A stretch of 64,000 nt of DNA. Source: a virus (taxonomy: Duplodnaviria; Heunggongvirae; Uroviricota; Caudoviricetes). Shown one piece after another: positions 9,250 through 18,563 of this stretch. Under the pieces are notes generated by a model. That model saw only the letters and a list, made by a program, of their open reading frames with translations, did not search any database and was not told the origin of the DNA. The stretch lies in IMG/VR virus record IMGVR_UViG_3300031088_000793; one strand, 5' to 3'. A program made the translations under genes and the position numbers. Positions within the stretch are counted from its first letter, which is position 1; each line of letters begins with the position of its first letter.

Positions 9250-9627
9250 TCAGCGCAGGGGGCGGTTGAGCGGAGCGATCATGCCTCCTCCATCGGGATC
9301 CTCCTCGAAGCAGAAGAGTCCGCCAGCGCCAGCCTCGTAGCCGTCCCGGTCGTAGACCACGCAGGTGAGCTCAGTGCCACCCTCTGTGGTGTAGCTGAAG
9401 TCGAAGACATCTCCCCTGCGGCTAGAGCCGGGCACCTCCACATAGGTCGAGGTCTCGCCCTCCGTGGGTTCAGCCTGGCTGCTGTCTGGGCTCTGATCCG
9501 CTGGAGCCTCAGTCGGAGCGCTGCTGCAGCCCGAGAGTAGAGCTGCGATGAAGCCCAGCGCTACGATGAGCGAGAAGACCCTGAAGATCGCGGATGGCAT
9601 TCCGCCGATGGTCCTTTGACTCCCCAC
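9250..9627 (-). CDS. lipoprotein (125 aa)
   Basis: Signal peptide with lipobox (LLSGC) followed by a Ser/Pro/Glu-rich linker. Confidence 0.6.
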   Translation of the reverse strand: MGSQRTIGGMPSAIFRVFSLIVALGFIAALLSGCSSAPTEAPADQSPDSSQAEPTEGETSTYVEVPGSSRRGDVFDFSYTTEGGTELTCVVYDRDGYEAGAGGLFCFEEDPDGGGMIAPLNRPLR

Positions 9628-9671
9628 GGGAGCCTCCTGTTCTGGGCCTTGGCCCCTAGCTCTGAGCCCGC

Positions 9672-10130
9672 TCAGACGAAGTGGTAGAAGTTTCCGTCAT
9701 CGGGGTCGACACTCCAGCCGAGCTCCTCGAGCCGCTGAATCTGCTCCTCGGAGAAGTACTCAGGATCGATGCTGCTGTAGATCACATCGTGCTCAGCGGA
9801 GAGCCACTGGCCGCCACCGTGCTCCCGGAGCACCGTCCGGAGGATGGCGAGGGCCTCGATGAGACGGTCGTATTCCCGAGACTCGTTGGAGGACGGAATC
9901 TCGTCCACACCTTCTCGGTAGATCTCCCAGCCGTTGGAGTTCAGAGTCATCTGATCGATGTTGCCGGGGAACTCCCCGGAGAGAACCTCGATGCTGGCGA
10001 TGTGAACAGCTGAAGGGGCACCTGCCATGCCTTCGAAGTCGTTGAGGAGGTAGCCTCGGAGCCTGATGGCGTCCTTGATAGCGATGATGTTGGAGCCCTG
10101 GGGTGCAAGGCCGAAGAACTGTGCGCTCAT
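9672..10130 (-). CDS. hypothetical protein (152 aa)
   Basis: Minus-strand ORF in the dense array. Confidence 0.5.
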   Translation of the reverse strand: MSAQFFGLAPQGSNIIAIKDAIRLRGYLLNDFEGMAGAPSAVHIASIEVLSGEFPGNIDQMTLNSNGWEIYREGVDEIPSSNESREYDRLIEALAILRTVLREHGGGQWLSAEHDVIYSSIDPEYFSEEQIQRLEELGWSVDPDDGNFYHFV

Positions 10131-10183
10131 GGGGAGCCTTTCCGTTGGAGTAAGATCGATGGATCGGTAGCTGACGGGGCCGC

Positions 10184-10615
10184 TCAGTGGAAGCTCTCAG
10201 CTATCTTTCCGCGGGCGTACTCGACCACAGCTCCACGCTCCAGCGAGGGGAAGGCCTCGAGGAGCTCGTCGGTGAGCACAGTGATGGCTTCGGCTTCCTC
10301 GGGGTTGGGGATCTCCGGCACATCCATGGTGAGATGGGGAAGAGGGGTGGTCTTGAAGAGCGAGATCTCGCTCTCTCGCCAGCCGCTGAAGACGAAGGGG
10401 TAGGGCCACCACTGACCCGTCTCCGTGAGCTGAGCCATCTCGTCCTCGAAGAGGTCCTCCATGCCGGGCTGGTCGAGCTTGTAGACCCCCGGCTCGGTGG
10501 GCACGGGGTAGCGCTGAGGCTCACTCTGGGGCTTGCTGTACTGCTGAAGGAGCTGGTTCACCTCTGCTGCGAGTCCCGTGGCTTCGGGGAGGCAGCGTGC
10601 GTTCTCAGAGGACAA
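10184..10615 (-). CDS. hypothetical protein (143 aa)
   Basis: Minus-strand ORF overlapping the next gene by 11 nt. Confidence 0.5.
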   Translation of the reverse strand: MSSENARCLPEATGLAAEVNQLLQQYSKPQSEPQRYPVPTEPGVYKLDQPGMEDLFEDEMAQLTETGQWWPYPFVFSGWRESEISLFKTTPLPHLTMDVPEIPNPEEAEAITVLTDELLEAFPSLERGAVVEYARGKIAESFH

Positions 10616-10931
10616 CGGTCTCAGCCTCCTTCGCGGCCTTCTTGGCCGCCTTCTCCTCGGCGGCAGCGAGCTGCTCGACGAGCTTCACGGCGATGTACTG
10701 AGCGGGAAGGAGGTAGCCCGATTCGACGGGGCTCTGGTTCATCCACTCGCTGCGGAGCGCGGGGATCTTGCGGTTGATCTCGGCAGCGGTGAACTCGGGG
10801 TAGCGGCTGGAGATGGCCTCGCCCATGTTGAACTGGGAGTCGAAGTTCTTCTCCTCCAGGACCTCGAAGATCCTGTCAGAGAGGTTGGTGATGTGAGCGA
10901 AGTTCTCGAAGATCGGGCTGTGGGTAGCCAT
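10605..10931 (-). CDS. hypothetical protein (~108 aa; true start probably the ATG at 10931, MATHSPIF)
   Basis: The track ORF starts at a TTG. An internal ATG has a GGAG Shine-Dalgarno 9 nt upstream and sits downstream of promoter 10976-11004. Confidence 0.5.
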   Translation of the reverse strand: MATHSPIFENFAHITNLSDRIFEVLEEKNFDSQFNMGEAISSRYPEFTAAEINRKIPALRSEWMNQSPVESGYLLPAQYIAVKLVEQLAAAEEKAAKKAAKEAETVVL

Positions 10932-10975
10932 TGCGGTGTACTCCAATGATTTCGGTGGCAGTGCGGTGTAGATCC

Positions 10976-11004
10976 AGAGTACACGGCGACTCGAATCAGC
11001 GCAA
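10976..11004 (-). promoter_or_regulatory. conserved promoter (-35 TTGCGC, N17, -10 TACTCT)
   Basis: Member of the recurring TTGCGN-N17-TANNNT family, followed by a ~38-nt leader with a Shine-Dalgarno sequence. Confidence 0.45.
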
Positions 11005-11059
11005 TGGGAAGGGCCGGAAGCAACTTTCCGCTCCCGGCCCTTCCTCTCTGAGTTCTAGC

Positions 11060-11881
11060 TCAGCGGTTCAGCGCCCTGTACTGCGCCTCTTCCCAGCGGT
11101 CCTTGGCCGAAGAACCCATCTCGTCCCAGTTCATGGGACGCTTGACTCCAGCTGCCTCCAGGCTGGCGGCAATGTTCTGAGGAATCCGAGCTGAGCTGAG
11201 CTTGGGCTCTCCGGTCGCAGCATCTCGAAGCTCATCCTCAGAGTGGATCACCCGCAGCTTTTCACCTCGAGCGATGACGCCCAGCCGACCAGCACTCGTG
11301 ACCAGGAAGCTAACGCCCTCGTTTCCAGGCTTACCGTAGTGTCCCAGGCCGTCGTGCTCGTAGCCAAGCTCTGTCAGGGTGTCGAAGGATTCACTGTGAG
11401 TCCGGCGTCTCTGCTCAATGGCCACAGCGCTCCCGATGTCCCGATCCCAGACGAGCCCAGGTCTTCCAGCGTTGAGCTGATCTGAGGAGCGAGCGCTGAG
11501 CTGCGTGAGCTCTTCGTCTGAGAGCCCTTCGAGCTTGATTCCCAGTGCCTTCCGACCTTCCCGGGCAGCGAGCATGCTCCCTGCGTTCCCAGCGGTGCTG
11601 AGCTCTGCTCTGAGACCCTCGTAGCGCTCCTCTGTGGATACCGACGGCTTGGGAGCTGTGGGCGCAGGAGCAGCGCCGTAGCGTGCCTCAAGGAGTGACT
11701 TGCCGAGCTTCGACTCGGGGAGCCTGTCCATGGCGTAGCGCTCGATCTCGTCGGCTCGCTCACTGTCATCAGCACTGCGAGCAGCCGTGAGATCAGCCTC
11801 GACCTTGCTCTCCACGCCTCCGAGCTCTCCCTTGGAGGCGAACTCGCCGTTCTCCTTGCGGTAGGGGTTGTAGCCAGCCAT
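11060..11881 (-). CDS. hypothetical protein, paralog family A (273 aa)
   Basis: Its N-terminal ~75 aa (GYNPYRKENGEFASKGE...DRLPES.LGK.LLEARYGAA) is shared with the 16686..18059 protein. Confidence 0.6.
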   Translation of the reverse strand: MAGYNPYRKENGEFASKGELGGVESKVEADLTAARSADDSERADEIERYAMDRLPESKLGKSLLEARYGAAPAPTAPKPSVSTEERYEGLRAELSTAGNAGSMLAAREGRKALGIKLEGLSDEELTQLSARSSDQLNAGRPGLVWDRDIGSAVAIEQRRRTHSESFDTLTELGYEHDGLGHYGKPGNEGVSFLVTSAGRLGVIARGEKLRVIHSEDELRDAATGEPKLSSARIPQNIAASLEAAGVKRPMNWDEMGSSAKDRWEEAQYRALNR

Positions 11882-11957
11882 CTCTTGCTCCTCTAGGTAG
11901 ATCGTCTGTCGGATTGCTATCTAATCCGTTTAGATCCCTGAGCACCAGGGGCTGAAG

Positions 11958-12512
11958 CTATGCTCCGATGATGGCGTTCCGGTCGATGCCTGCCTGAACA
12001 GCCTCCGCCCAGTCCACCATCCGGAGGAGATCGGCCTTCGTGAGCCCGCTGTGGGAATCCGTGGCGATGATCAGCGAGGGAGCAACGGTGTGCTCCTCGA
12101 CGAACTCGCGCCAGAAGAGAGGAGCCTTGTCATCGATCCAGATGAAGGGCCGGGGGTTCTCTCGCTGATCGGCGATGATGTGGAGGGCCTTCCACTCAGT
12201 CCACTCCTTGCTCCCCTTGGCCTCGTGGTTCAGCGCGGCGGGAGCGTGCTCCTCATGGGGGAAGCCCATGCCCTGGGCGGCTCGCTTGATCAGCGAGTGC
12301 TCGTTCCAGGTGGTGAGCCAGACCAGGCCGAAGCCAGCGACTCGGAGGAACTCTCCGAAGAGCTCCAGCATCTCCTGATCCCAGGCGATGATGGTCTCAG
12401 CTCTGAAGAACTTGGAGCCAGCTGTGGCTACCCGGGCGGTCCGAAGGCCGGAGCGCTTCGGAGTGTTGTGGACTCCGTCGAAGTCGGAGTAGGCTACGCC
12501 GTTGATGGTCAT
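11958..12512 (-). CDS. HAD-superfamily hydrolase-like protein (~185 aa; start at MTINGVAY)
   Basis: HAD motif I-like DFDGV near the N-terminus and a motif IV-like WIDDK. The ORF upstream of this ATG is a likely extension artifact. Confidence 0.45.
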   Translation of the reverse strand: MTINGVAYSDFDGVHNTPKRSGLRTARVATAGSKFFRAETIIAWDQEMLELFGEFLRVAGFGLVWLTTWNEHSLIKRAAQGMGFPHEEHAPAALNHEAKGSKEWTEWKALHIIADQRENPRPFIWIDDKAPLFWREFVEEHTVAPSLIIATDSHSGLTKADLLRMVDWAEAVQAGIDRNAIIGA

Positions 12513-12522
12513 GGGATCTTCC

Positions 12523-13263
12523 TCAGTTCTTCGTAAGGTATTCGGCGGGCACCAGGAGCTGGTTACCCTGAGGGTCCATGCAGACCACATTGCGGTTCCG
12601 GGGCTCCGTGGCGATGTAGCTGCGACCCTCGTGGATGTAGGTGCTCTTCCCCAGGATGATCTCGACCTCCCGGCCTCTGCCGTCCTTCAGCTTCACCGCT
12701 CGCTGGGCGATCTTCGAGGGGTCCCCGTAGTTCGGGTGAAGCCGATCCACGGAGAGCGTGTAGAGCTTTCCATCGGCAGCCTTGCCGAGGAACTTCTTGC
12801 GCTGAAGATCCATGACCGTGATGAGGCCGAACCTCTCGACCGTGAGGGTGGTCTCTCCCAGGATCACCGGAGTGGGGCCGTAGCTGGTCTTGACCTGCTT
12901 CGTCTCCCCGTGGTCATGGGTGTTGACGAAGCCCTCAGCCTTAGCCTTGGGGGTCGCTCCCAGCTCTCGGGCCATGGCCTTCCAGCGGGGCCCGTGGCCT
13001 GCAGTTGGGCCTGCGATGGCGTGGGCTGCCTCGTGCATGGCAGTGTCCACAGCCTGAGCCCAGTCGCTGAGGATGACCTTCCGGGAGATGGTGATCTCCT
13101 TGGTGCTGTAGGCGCAGACTCCGAGGCGGTGGCTTTCCCGGCTGAAGATCACTGACCAGCCCGAGAGGCCTCGAGTGCTGAGAGTGTCGAGGATCATCGA
13201 CTCGATGAGTCTTTCAGCTGAGCTCTTGGGGAGCCAGTAGGTGCCGCGCTTCGTGGTGGTCAT
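12523..13263 (-). CDS. SprT-like zinc metalloprotease domain protein (246 aa)
   Basis: HExxH motif (MHEAAHAIAGPTAGHGPRW) in a SprT-like context. A leaderless consensus promoter sits at 13270-13298. Confidence 0.65.
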   Translation of the reverse strand: MTTTKRGTYWLPKSSAERLIESMILDTLSTRGLSGWSVIFSRESHRLGVCAYSTKEITISRKVILSDWAQAVDTAMHEAAHAIAGPTAGHGPRWKAMARELGATPKAKAEGFVNTHDHGETKQVKTSYGPTPVILGETTLTVERFGLITVMDLQRKKFLGKAADGKLYTLSVDRLHPNYGDPSKIAQRAVKLKDGRGREVEIILGKSTYIHEGRSYIATEPRNRNVVCMDPQGNQLLVPAEYLTKN

Positions 13264-13269
13264 GGGGCT

Positions 13270-13298
13270 ATGCTATACGGACTGGAGCGAACTCGCAA
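13270..13298 (-). promoter_or_regulatory. conserved leaderless promoter (-35 TTGCGA, N17, -10 TAGCAT, N6, ATG)
   Basis: Plus-strand ATGCTA and TCGCAA elements at the family spacing, directly upstream of the 13263 start. Confidence 0.5.
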
Positions 13299-13330
13299 CC
13301 GGAGTATCAATCGGGCTGCGAGCTCTAATC

Positions 13331-13936
13331 CTACTTGAGCCTGTAGAGTCCGCTCTCATCCCTGTAGAGCTTGTTGACGATTCCGCGGTTACTGAGGAGG
13401 AGAAAGCCATCGCCGAGGTGAGAGCGGCCCTGGGCGACTGCCTTAGCGGCATTGATGATGGTCTCCTCGTTGTCGCCGCTTCCATCATCCCCAGAGGCGA
13501 TCATTCCGACGAACTCCCTCGTGGTGAGATCCCTGCCCAGGCCGAAGGGCCCGGCGCTCTCGGGAAGCCACTTCTCCAGGGCGATCCTCGTTTCGGAGTA
13601 CACCTTGTTCAGGTTGACCCCGATCTTTCCGGGGAGGATTGCCACCAGCAGGATCAGCACGACGGCGAGGAAGATGGGAGCGACGAAGCCCACCAGCATC
13701 GAAGCGAGGAGCGTGCCGAAGTTACGCTCACCCCCGGTTGAGCTGGTACTGGGGATGGCGAACAGAAGCCCCACCAGGGCGAGCCCACCGATGACTGCGA
13801 TGGCCACGCCGATCCAGCGGTTGATGGTCATGGCCAGCTTCACCGCCACGGGATCGTAGATGGGAGCGAAGGCAGAGTAGTCGTCGGAGCTCTGGGGATT
13901 GCGGGGAAGGTTTCTGCGGAACTCTGACAGGTTCAT
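13331..13936 (-). CDS. hypothetical multi-pass membrane protein (201 aa)
   Basis: Three or four hydrophobic helices (IGVAIAVIGGLALVGLLFAI, LLASMLVGFVAPIFLAVVLILLVAIL). Confidence 0.55.
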   Translation of the reverse strand: MNLSEFRRNLPRNPQSSDDYSAFAPIYDPVAVKLAMTINRWIGVAIAVIGGLALVGLLFAIPSTSSTGGERNFGTLLASMLVGFVAPIFLAVVLILLVAILPGKIGVNLNKVYSETRIALEKWLPESAGPFGLGRDLTTREFVGMIASGDDGSGDNEETIINAAKAVAQGRSHLGDGFLLLSNRGIVNKLYRDESGLYRLK

Positions 13937-14007
13937 GGGCGTCTTTCGTCTATGGAAATCTGAAGTCTCAGATCCGATTACACACGAAGGCAGCCTGGCT
14001 ACAAACC

Positions 14008-14072
14008 TCTGAGGGGCAGTCTGAGCGCGCAGCCCAGGGCATCGACAGCTGTTGGCCTCTGGGCTGCAGTTC
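14008..14072. repeat. 18-bp motif CAGTCTGAGCGCGCAGCC plus adjacent hairpin; a second copy lies at 35089-35146
   Basis: Exact 18-mer shared by two distant intergenic regions, both upstream of minus-strand genes, each followed by a GC-rich inverted repeat. Confidence 0.5.
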
Positions 14073-14154
14073 TGTTGATCTCCGGATACTTATCTCTGGA
14101 GTGGCGTTCCTGGATAACGCAGCACCGAGGGCGATTATCAGGCCGAAGTACCGC

Positions 14155-14427
14155 TCAGAAGAGGATGAGCGCCTGGGCCTCCCGGCGCCTGTGGTCGATG
14201 ACCTGAACCGACTTGCCCGACTTCATCTCGCCGTCAAGGTAGCTTGAGATTGAGATCACCCTCCGGACCGACTCAGTGAAGCTGATTCCCCTGCTATCGG
14301 CGAACTCCCGGAGGGCTTCTGCGGTGGGGCGGTTGAGGTTCACGCTGAGCCGGATGAGGTCTGGCCGCTCACGACTCTGCTCATCGGCGGACTGGACTGG
14401 AGCCTCTGACTCTTCGAAGATACGCAT
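14155..14427 (-). CDS. ribbon-helix-helix (CopG/Arc-like) DNA-binding protein (90 aa)
   Basis: RLSVNLNRPTAEALREFADSRGISFTESVRRVI matches the RHH beta-strand plus helix pattern. Confidence 0.5.
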   Translation of the reverse strand: MRIFEESEAPVQSADEQSRERPDLIRLSVNLNRPTAEALREFADSRGISFTESVRRVISISSYLDGEMKSGKSVQVIDHRRREAQALILF

Positions 14428-14632
14428 GGAACCCCTCTCTAGTGCTCACTATCGCCTGAGCAAGAGCGCTCTTCAGCAAACGGAAAAGGGCCCAGAGAGA
14501 AGGCCACTTCCCCTGAGCCTACCCCCGGAGAACCGAAATCCTCCGTATGCCGCCGGGCACTCCCTGCGGAGCTAGAGCTACCATACCAAGCTCGATGGCC
14601 TTCGACAGCACAGTGCTGGATAGCCTGAGGCT

Positions 14633-15193
14633 CTACTCCTCGATGTAGTCCAAGGGGCAATGGCCAGTGCTGCCCACAGTGCGCTCGAAGATTGCGATCT
14701 CGTCCTGATCCTCGGAGAGTACTTCGAGGTCCTCAGGGTCCAGAGTTCCGTAGATCTCCGAGTGCTTGCCGAGGATCTCACCGAAGTAGACCCTGGAGCC
14801 CATGGCCTCGTCGATCTCCGACTGAGTGGCCACGAAGGTCGAGTCCACTGTGCCCATCCTAGGGACATCCCACTGGAACTTCCAGAGCTTCTTGGGCTCC
14901 TCTGAGTCTGCGGCAGGATCCGCGGGGCTAGCGGCTTCAGCTCCGCGCTTGGCCTCGATCTGGGCTCGGAGCTCATCCGCTAGCCTTGAGCCTCCCTTGC
15001 CCTGCAGGCTGAGCGCAGTGAGCTCCACGAGCTCAGGATTGGTGGCGAGGTTGAGCTCCAGGAGCTCAGCCAGGGGAGCTAGAGCATCTCGGATCCCAGA
15101 GCCATAGAGCTCGTAGAAGACACCTCGCTCGCCATCGGCCTCATCCCGCATGGTCTCGATGAGCTCGCTGATTCCGTAGCTAGCCATGGTCAA
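14633..15193 (-). CDS. hypothetical acidic protein (186 aa)
   Basis: Minus-strand ORF overlapping the next gene by 4 nt. Confidence 0.55.
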   Translation of the reverse strand: MTMASYGISELIETMRDEADGERGVFYELYGSGIRDALAPLAELLELNLATNPELVELTALSLQGKGGSRLADELRAQIEAKRGAEAASPADPAADSEEPKKLWKFQWDVPRMGTVDSTFVATQSEIDEAMGSRVYFGEILGKHSEIYGTLDPEDLEVLSEDQDEIAIFERTVGSTGHCPLDYIEE

Positions 15194-15678
15194 TTCTCCT
15201 CATCTGCAGGAACCCACTGGGGGAGCTCTCTGCGCTCTCGTTTCCAGCGACGGACGGGCTGACCCACAGCCATCGAGTAGGATTCCCGGGCCTCGGCCTC
15301 GGTGGGAAGCTTATCCCGGGACAGGGCATGGGGAGCCCAGCCGTACTCGTACTCCACTGGAGCAGCTCGCTCAGCCTCGGGATCTCTGAGCGCGGCGGCC
15401 ACAGCCTTCACCATCTCAGCGAAGCTTTGATTGTCCTCGAGCTCGTTGAGGTCGAGTCGGATGCTGCTCTCGAGGAAGGGCTCCAGGGCCTCCCAGACAG
15501 CATCTTCCGTGGGCTCAGCATCTCGCCGGAAGCCTGCTCTCAGGATGGCGTCGGCCTCGGGCCTGTAGGGATAGAGGTTCTCGTCCTCGTCCAGCCTACT
15601 CTCCGCATCGCCCAGCCCTCCGAGATCGGCCATGAGCCGAGTGAGCGCTTCCCTGTCGCTCATCCCTTCGATGCCCAT
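15190..15678 (-). CDS. hypothetical protein (162 aa)
   Basis: Minus-strand ORF with an ATGA overlap to the upstream gene. Confidence 0.55.
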   Translation of the reverse strand: MGIEGMSDREALTRLMADLGGLGDAESRLDEDENLYPYRPEADAILRAGFRRDAEPTEDAVWEALEPFLESSIRLDLNELEDNQSFAEMVKAVAAALRDPEAERAAPVEYEYGWAPHALSRDKLPTEAEARESYSMAVGQPVRRWKRERRELPQWVPADEEN

Positions 15679-16046
15679 CAGCTACCCTTCTCTTCCTTCT
15701 CAGCGTCGTGCTTGCTGCTGTCCCAGAGCTCCTGAAGGCCGATGATCTCCTCAGCTCGCTGATCCTCGGAGAGGTCGCTGTTGAGCTCGATGCCGTAGCT
15801 GTTGCCCACTCCGGGGCGAGGAGGAGGCGTGTCGTAGATCTTATCCATGGCGTTGGATTCGCCGGGAGCTCGATCCTTGGGCCTGGGGGCTCTCACGGGA
15901 GGCTCCTTGCCATCCTCGATGACTCGGAAGCTCAGGAAGCTCCGGAGTCGCTTCAGCAGTCCGACGCGCTCGGTGGGCTCTTCGCCTCGGCGCTTGAGCA
16001 TCGCGGAGCCGAAGAGCACGAGGGCTCCCATGAGGATGAGGCTCAT
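15678..16046 (-). CDS. small membrane protein (122 aa)
   Basis: N-terminal TM segment (MSLILMGALVLFGSAML) followed by a charged tail. Confidence 0.5.
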   Translation of the reverse strand: MSLILMGALVLFGSAMLKRRGEEPTERVGLLKRLRSFLSFRVIEDGKEPPVRAPRPKDRAPGESNAMDKIYDTPPPRPGVGNSYGIELNSDLSEDQRAEEIIGLQELWDSSKHDAEKEEKGS

Positions 16047-16558
16047 CGGTCCGCTCCAAGCTCTGCCGCGTCCTGGGGCGCCTCGTAGAAGGCCAGGGAG
16101 GTGTCGATGAGATCCACGGTTCGGCGGATGTAGTCAGTGCCGCCATCCACGAAGTTCTTGCCGCACTTGCACTCCTGGAAGTCGTGGCGGCTATTGCTCT
16201 GCAGCTCGTCGCCGCACTCGGGGCAGACGCCGGAGTTGCGGAGCACAGCGCTTCCCGAGCGGAGGAAGCCGTAGTCGTCGGGATCGATGACCACGGGCAC
16301 GGGGCGCTCCGAGAACTGAGGAACTCGCACGCCCTGGGTCTCGCTCACGGTCACCCCGGGAACGATCCGGACCATGGAGCCAGAGACGAAGGCCAGGGGC
16401 CAGTCCCGCATGGAGTGCTCGGTGGGCTTATGGACAGGACAGACATCGCCGAAGCACTGACTCTCTCCGTGGAAGTTCAGCACGAGCTGACCCGAGGAGA
16501 GCGTCACATCGGGCCGCTGCTTTGGAGCACCGTAGATCTTGGCTGAGTGTAGAGCCAT
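16043..16558 (-). CDS. hypothetical protein with a C-terminal zinc-ribbon (171 aa)
   Basis: CPECGDELQSNSRHDFQECKCGKNF four-Cys motif, with additional upstream Cys residues (CFGDVCPVH). Confidence 0.55.
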   Translation of the reverse strand: MALHSAKIYGAPKQRPDVTLSSGQLVLNFHGESQCFGDVCPVHKPTEHSMRDWPLAFVSGSMVRIVPGVTVSETQGVRVPQFSERPVPVVIDPDDYGFLRSGSAVLRNSGVCPECGDELQSNSRHDFQECKCGKNFVDGGTDYIRRTVDLIDTSLAFYEAPQDAAELGADR

Positions 16559-16630
16559 GGCCTACTCCCTTTCTCTGAATGTGGATAGACTGCTATCACC
16601 ACCTTACATCACTGCGGTGGAAAGCACAAC

Positions 16631-16665
16631 GGCCACAGACCCGGAAATTCAGGTCTGTGGCCGTC
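16631..16665 (-). terminator. hairpin downstream of 16686..18059
   Basis: 11-bp inverted repeat GGCCACAGACC/GGTCTGTGGCC with a 13-nt loop, followed on the minus strand by GTTGTGCTTTCC. Confidence 0.4.
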
Positions 16666-16685
16666 CGAGGCCCTGCGCTCAGAGC

Positions 16686-18059
16686 TCAGTCGCCGCTGTC
16701 GTGGCTTCCCGAGTAGCGGCCAGTGCTGTGGTCGTAGCGATAGCCGGGCTGAGTCGAATCGCCACCGAAGATCCGCTCCACATCGACATCCACCAGCCCG
16801 TAGCTCTCGATCTTTGCTCGGTCGAGCTGCATGTCTGCCTGGTGATAGCCCCGTCGAGTGCTGGTCTCCCCGCCAGAGAGAATGAGGTCCCTCTGAAGAT
16901 TGAACCTACCGCCGATTTTCCAGGATGCCGCCTGCACTCGCAGGTGCGACTTGACATCGGGATCGGCTTCCTCCAGTCGCTTCTTCGCGCTATCGCCGAG
17001 CCTGGGGCTTTCGTAGAGCTTGAGCTGATCCATCCTGGGATCACCCACGAAGCGGTCAAGGATCTCAGGCGATGTGCTGGTGTTGAGGAGAGCGATGCTG
17101 CTGGCGATGCTCTTACTCTCTTGGCCGTAGGGGTCATCCTTGCCGTAGGCATCCTTCGTGGGCCGATCCCAGTGGCCACTGGTGGAGAGCCTTGCTGCCT
17201 CTGCGAGGACTTCCTGGTTCGAGGACCACTCGAAGCGCGCCGACGCGGAGGGAAGTTCCTTGAGCCGCTCCGGGCTGATCCGATCCTTCTCGATGGCGAT
17301 GGAGCCAGCGAGGGGTGAGCTCTTGGCGTAGTCGAGGGCAGTGTCCTCGGAGATCAGGTTGTCGGTGTTCTTCATGGCCATTCGGACCAGTGGGCCCATG
17401 TAGGCTCCGCCGATGGAGCCCTTGTCCTTGTCCGAGATCTTCCGAAGCTCCTTGAAGGTAGCGTCGTCCATCCAGTCGGCAGCAGCTGCGGCTTCGGCGC
17501 GATCCTTGTAGAGCTTAGCCAGGGAGCCCGTTGCTCCCATGCCGCGCTCGAGGTTGTGCTTCACGGCGTTGGCCACATGGGTGGGGTGCATGATCCGGAG
17601 GTCGCTGGAGGGGTGGTTTGCGATCTCCTGCCGAGTTGCGTCATCCTCGCTGACGATGTAGGCGGACTCCAGCGCTTCCTTCGTAGCGAACTGGTTCCTC
17701 GCGAGGTTACGCCGGGCTGCCTCGTTGCCTCGACGGGCGATCTCGAGCTGGAGATCCTTGTCCTCAGTGTCCTTGGCGAACTTCTGAAGCTCTCGGAGGC
17801 CGAGCTTGGAGTGATCGACCGACTTCGAAGTGGTCGCAGCAGCACCGTAGCGCTCCTCGAGGAGCTTCTTGCCGATGGGGCTCTCGGGGAGCTTCTCCAT
17901 GGCGTAGTCCTCGATCTGAGCGGCGAGCCTCTCGTCTCCAGCATCCTGAGCGTCCACGAGGTCGCTGGCGAGCTTCTCATTGAGGTCTCCCACCTCCCCC
18001 TTGGAGGCGAACTCGCCGTTCTCCTTGCGGTAGGGGTTGTAGCCCGGTCCATCTGCCAT
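16686..18059 (-). CDS. hypothetical protein, paralog family A (457 aa)
   Basis: Shares the GYNPYRKENGEFASKGE...YGAA N-terminal module with 11060..11881. The remainder is unique. Confidence 0.65.
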   Translation of the reverse strand: MADGPGYNPYRKENGEFASKGEVGDLNEKLASDLVDAQDAGDERLAAQIEDYAMEKLPESPIGKKLLEERYGAAATTSKSVDHSKLGLRELQKFAKDTEDKDLQLEIARRGNEAARRNLARNQFATKEALESAYIVSEDDATRQEIANHPSSDLRIMHPTHVANAVKHNLERGMGATGSLAKLYKDRAEAAAAADWMDDATFKELRKISDKDKGSIGGAYMGPLVRMAMKNTDNLISEDTALDYAKSSPLAGSIAIEKDRISPERLKELPSASARFEWSSNQEVLAEAARLSTSGHWDRPTKDAYGKDDPYGQESKSIASSIALLNTSTSPEILDRFVGDPRMDQLKLYESPRLGDSAKKRLEEADPDVKSHLRVQAASWKIGGRFNLQRDLILSGGETSTRRGYHQADMQLDRAKIESYGLVDVDVERIFGGDSTQPGYRYDHSTGRYSGSHDSGD

Positions 18060-18206
18060 GGTGGTCTCCTCGGTTTCTGCTGAAGGTTGCTATCAGCTGT
18101 TCTCTGCGACGGAGGGTGATCTAATGTGAGCATGTGCCAGAGCTCGAAGGCCACGCCTTAGGATGCAACCTCGCGCCACACAGGCGGGAGGCTCAGAGGG
18201 CGAGGG

Positions 18207-18452
18207 CTAGAGCTCGCCGTGGAAGGTCTCCAGGAGGGCGTCCACGGGGACGAGCTCGTCCCAGTTGGGGTCGATGGCCTTCTGGTGGAGGCGCTCGAGG
18301 TAGATCGACGCTCGGAGGTTGTCCTCGAGCTTCTTGCTACCGAGGCTGCGGCCGATCTTGGCGATCTCGTTGACCGAGAGTCGCTCACCGGCGAGCTTGA
18401 GCTGCGCGGTGAAGGCTTCGATCTTCTCTTCGTCCTTGGGGCTGATTGCCAT
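18207..18452 (-). CDS. hypothetical protein (81 aa)
   Basis: Strong AGGAGG Shine-Dalgarno 7 nt upstream, downstream of promoter 18531-18559. Confidence 0.55.
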   Translation of the reverse strand: MAISPKDEEKIEAFTAQLKLAGERLSVNEIAKIGRSLGSKKLEDNLRASIYLERLHQKAIDPNWDELVPVDALLETFHGEL

Positions 18453-18530
18453 GGTGAATCCTCCTGCTTGGGGATAGCTATCGACGAGCCCTGGGCTGCG
18501 ACGCTAAGACTATGGGGCTGTGGAGAACCA

Positions 18531-18559
18531 ACGGTACACCACGGAGGCGCTCACCGCAA
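18531..18559 (-). promoter_or_regulatory. conserved promoter (-35 TTGCGG, N17, -10 TACCGT)
   Basis: Family motif, followed by a ~70-nt leader with an AGGAGG Shine-Dalgarno. Confidence 0.45.
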
Positions 18560-18563
18560 CATC

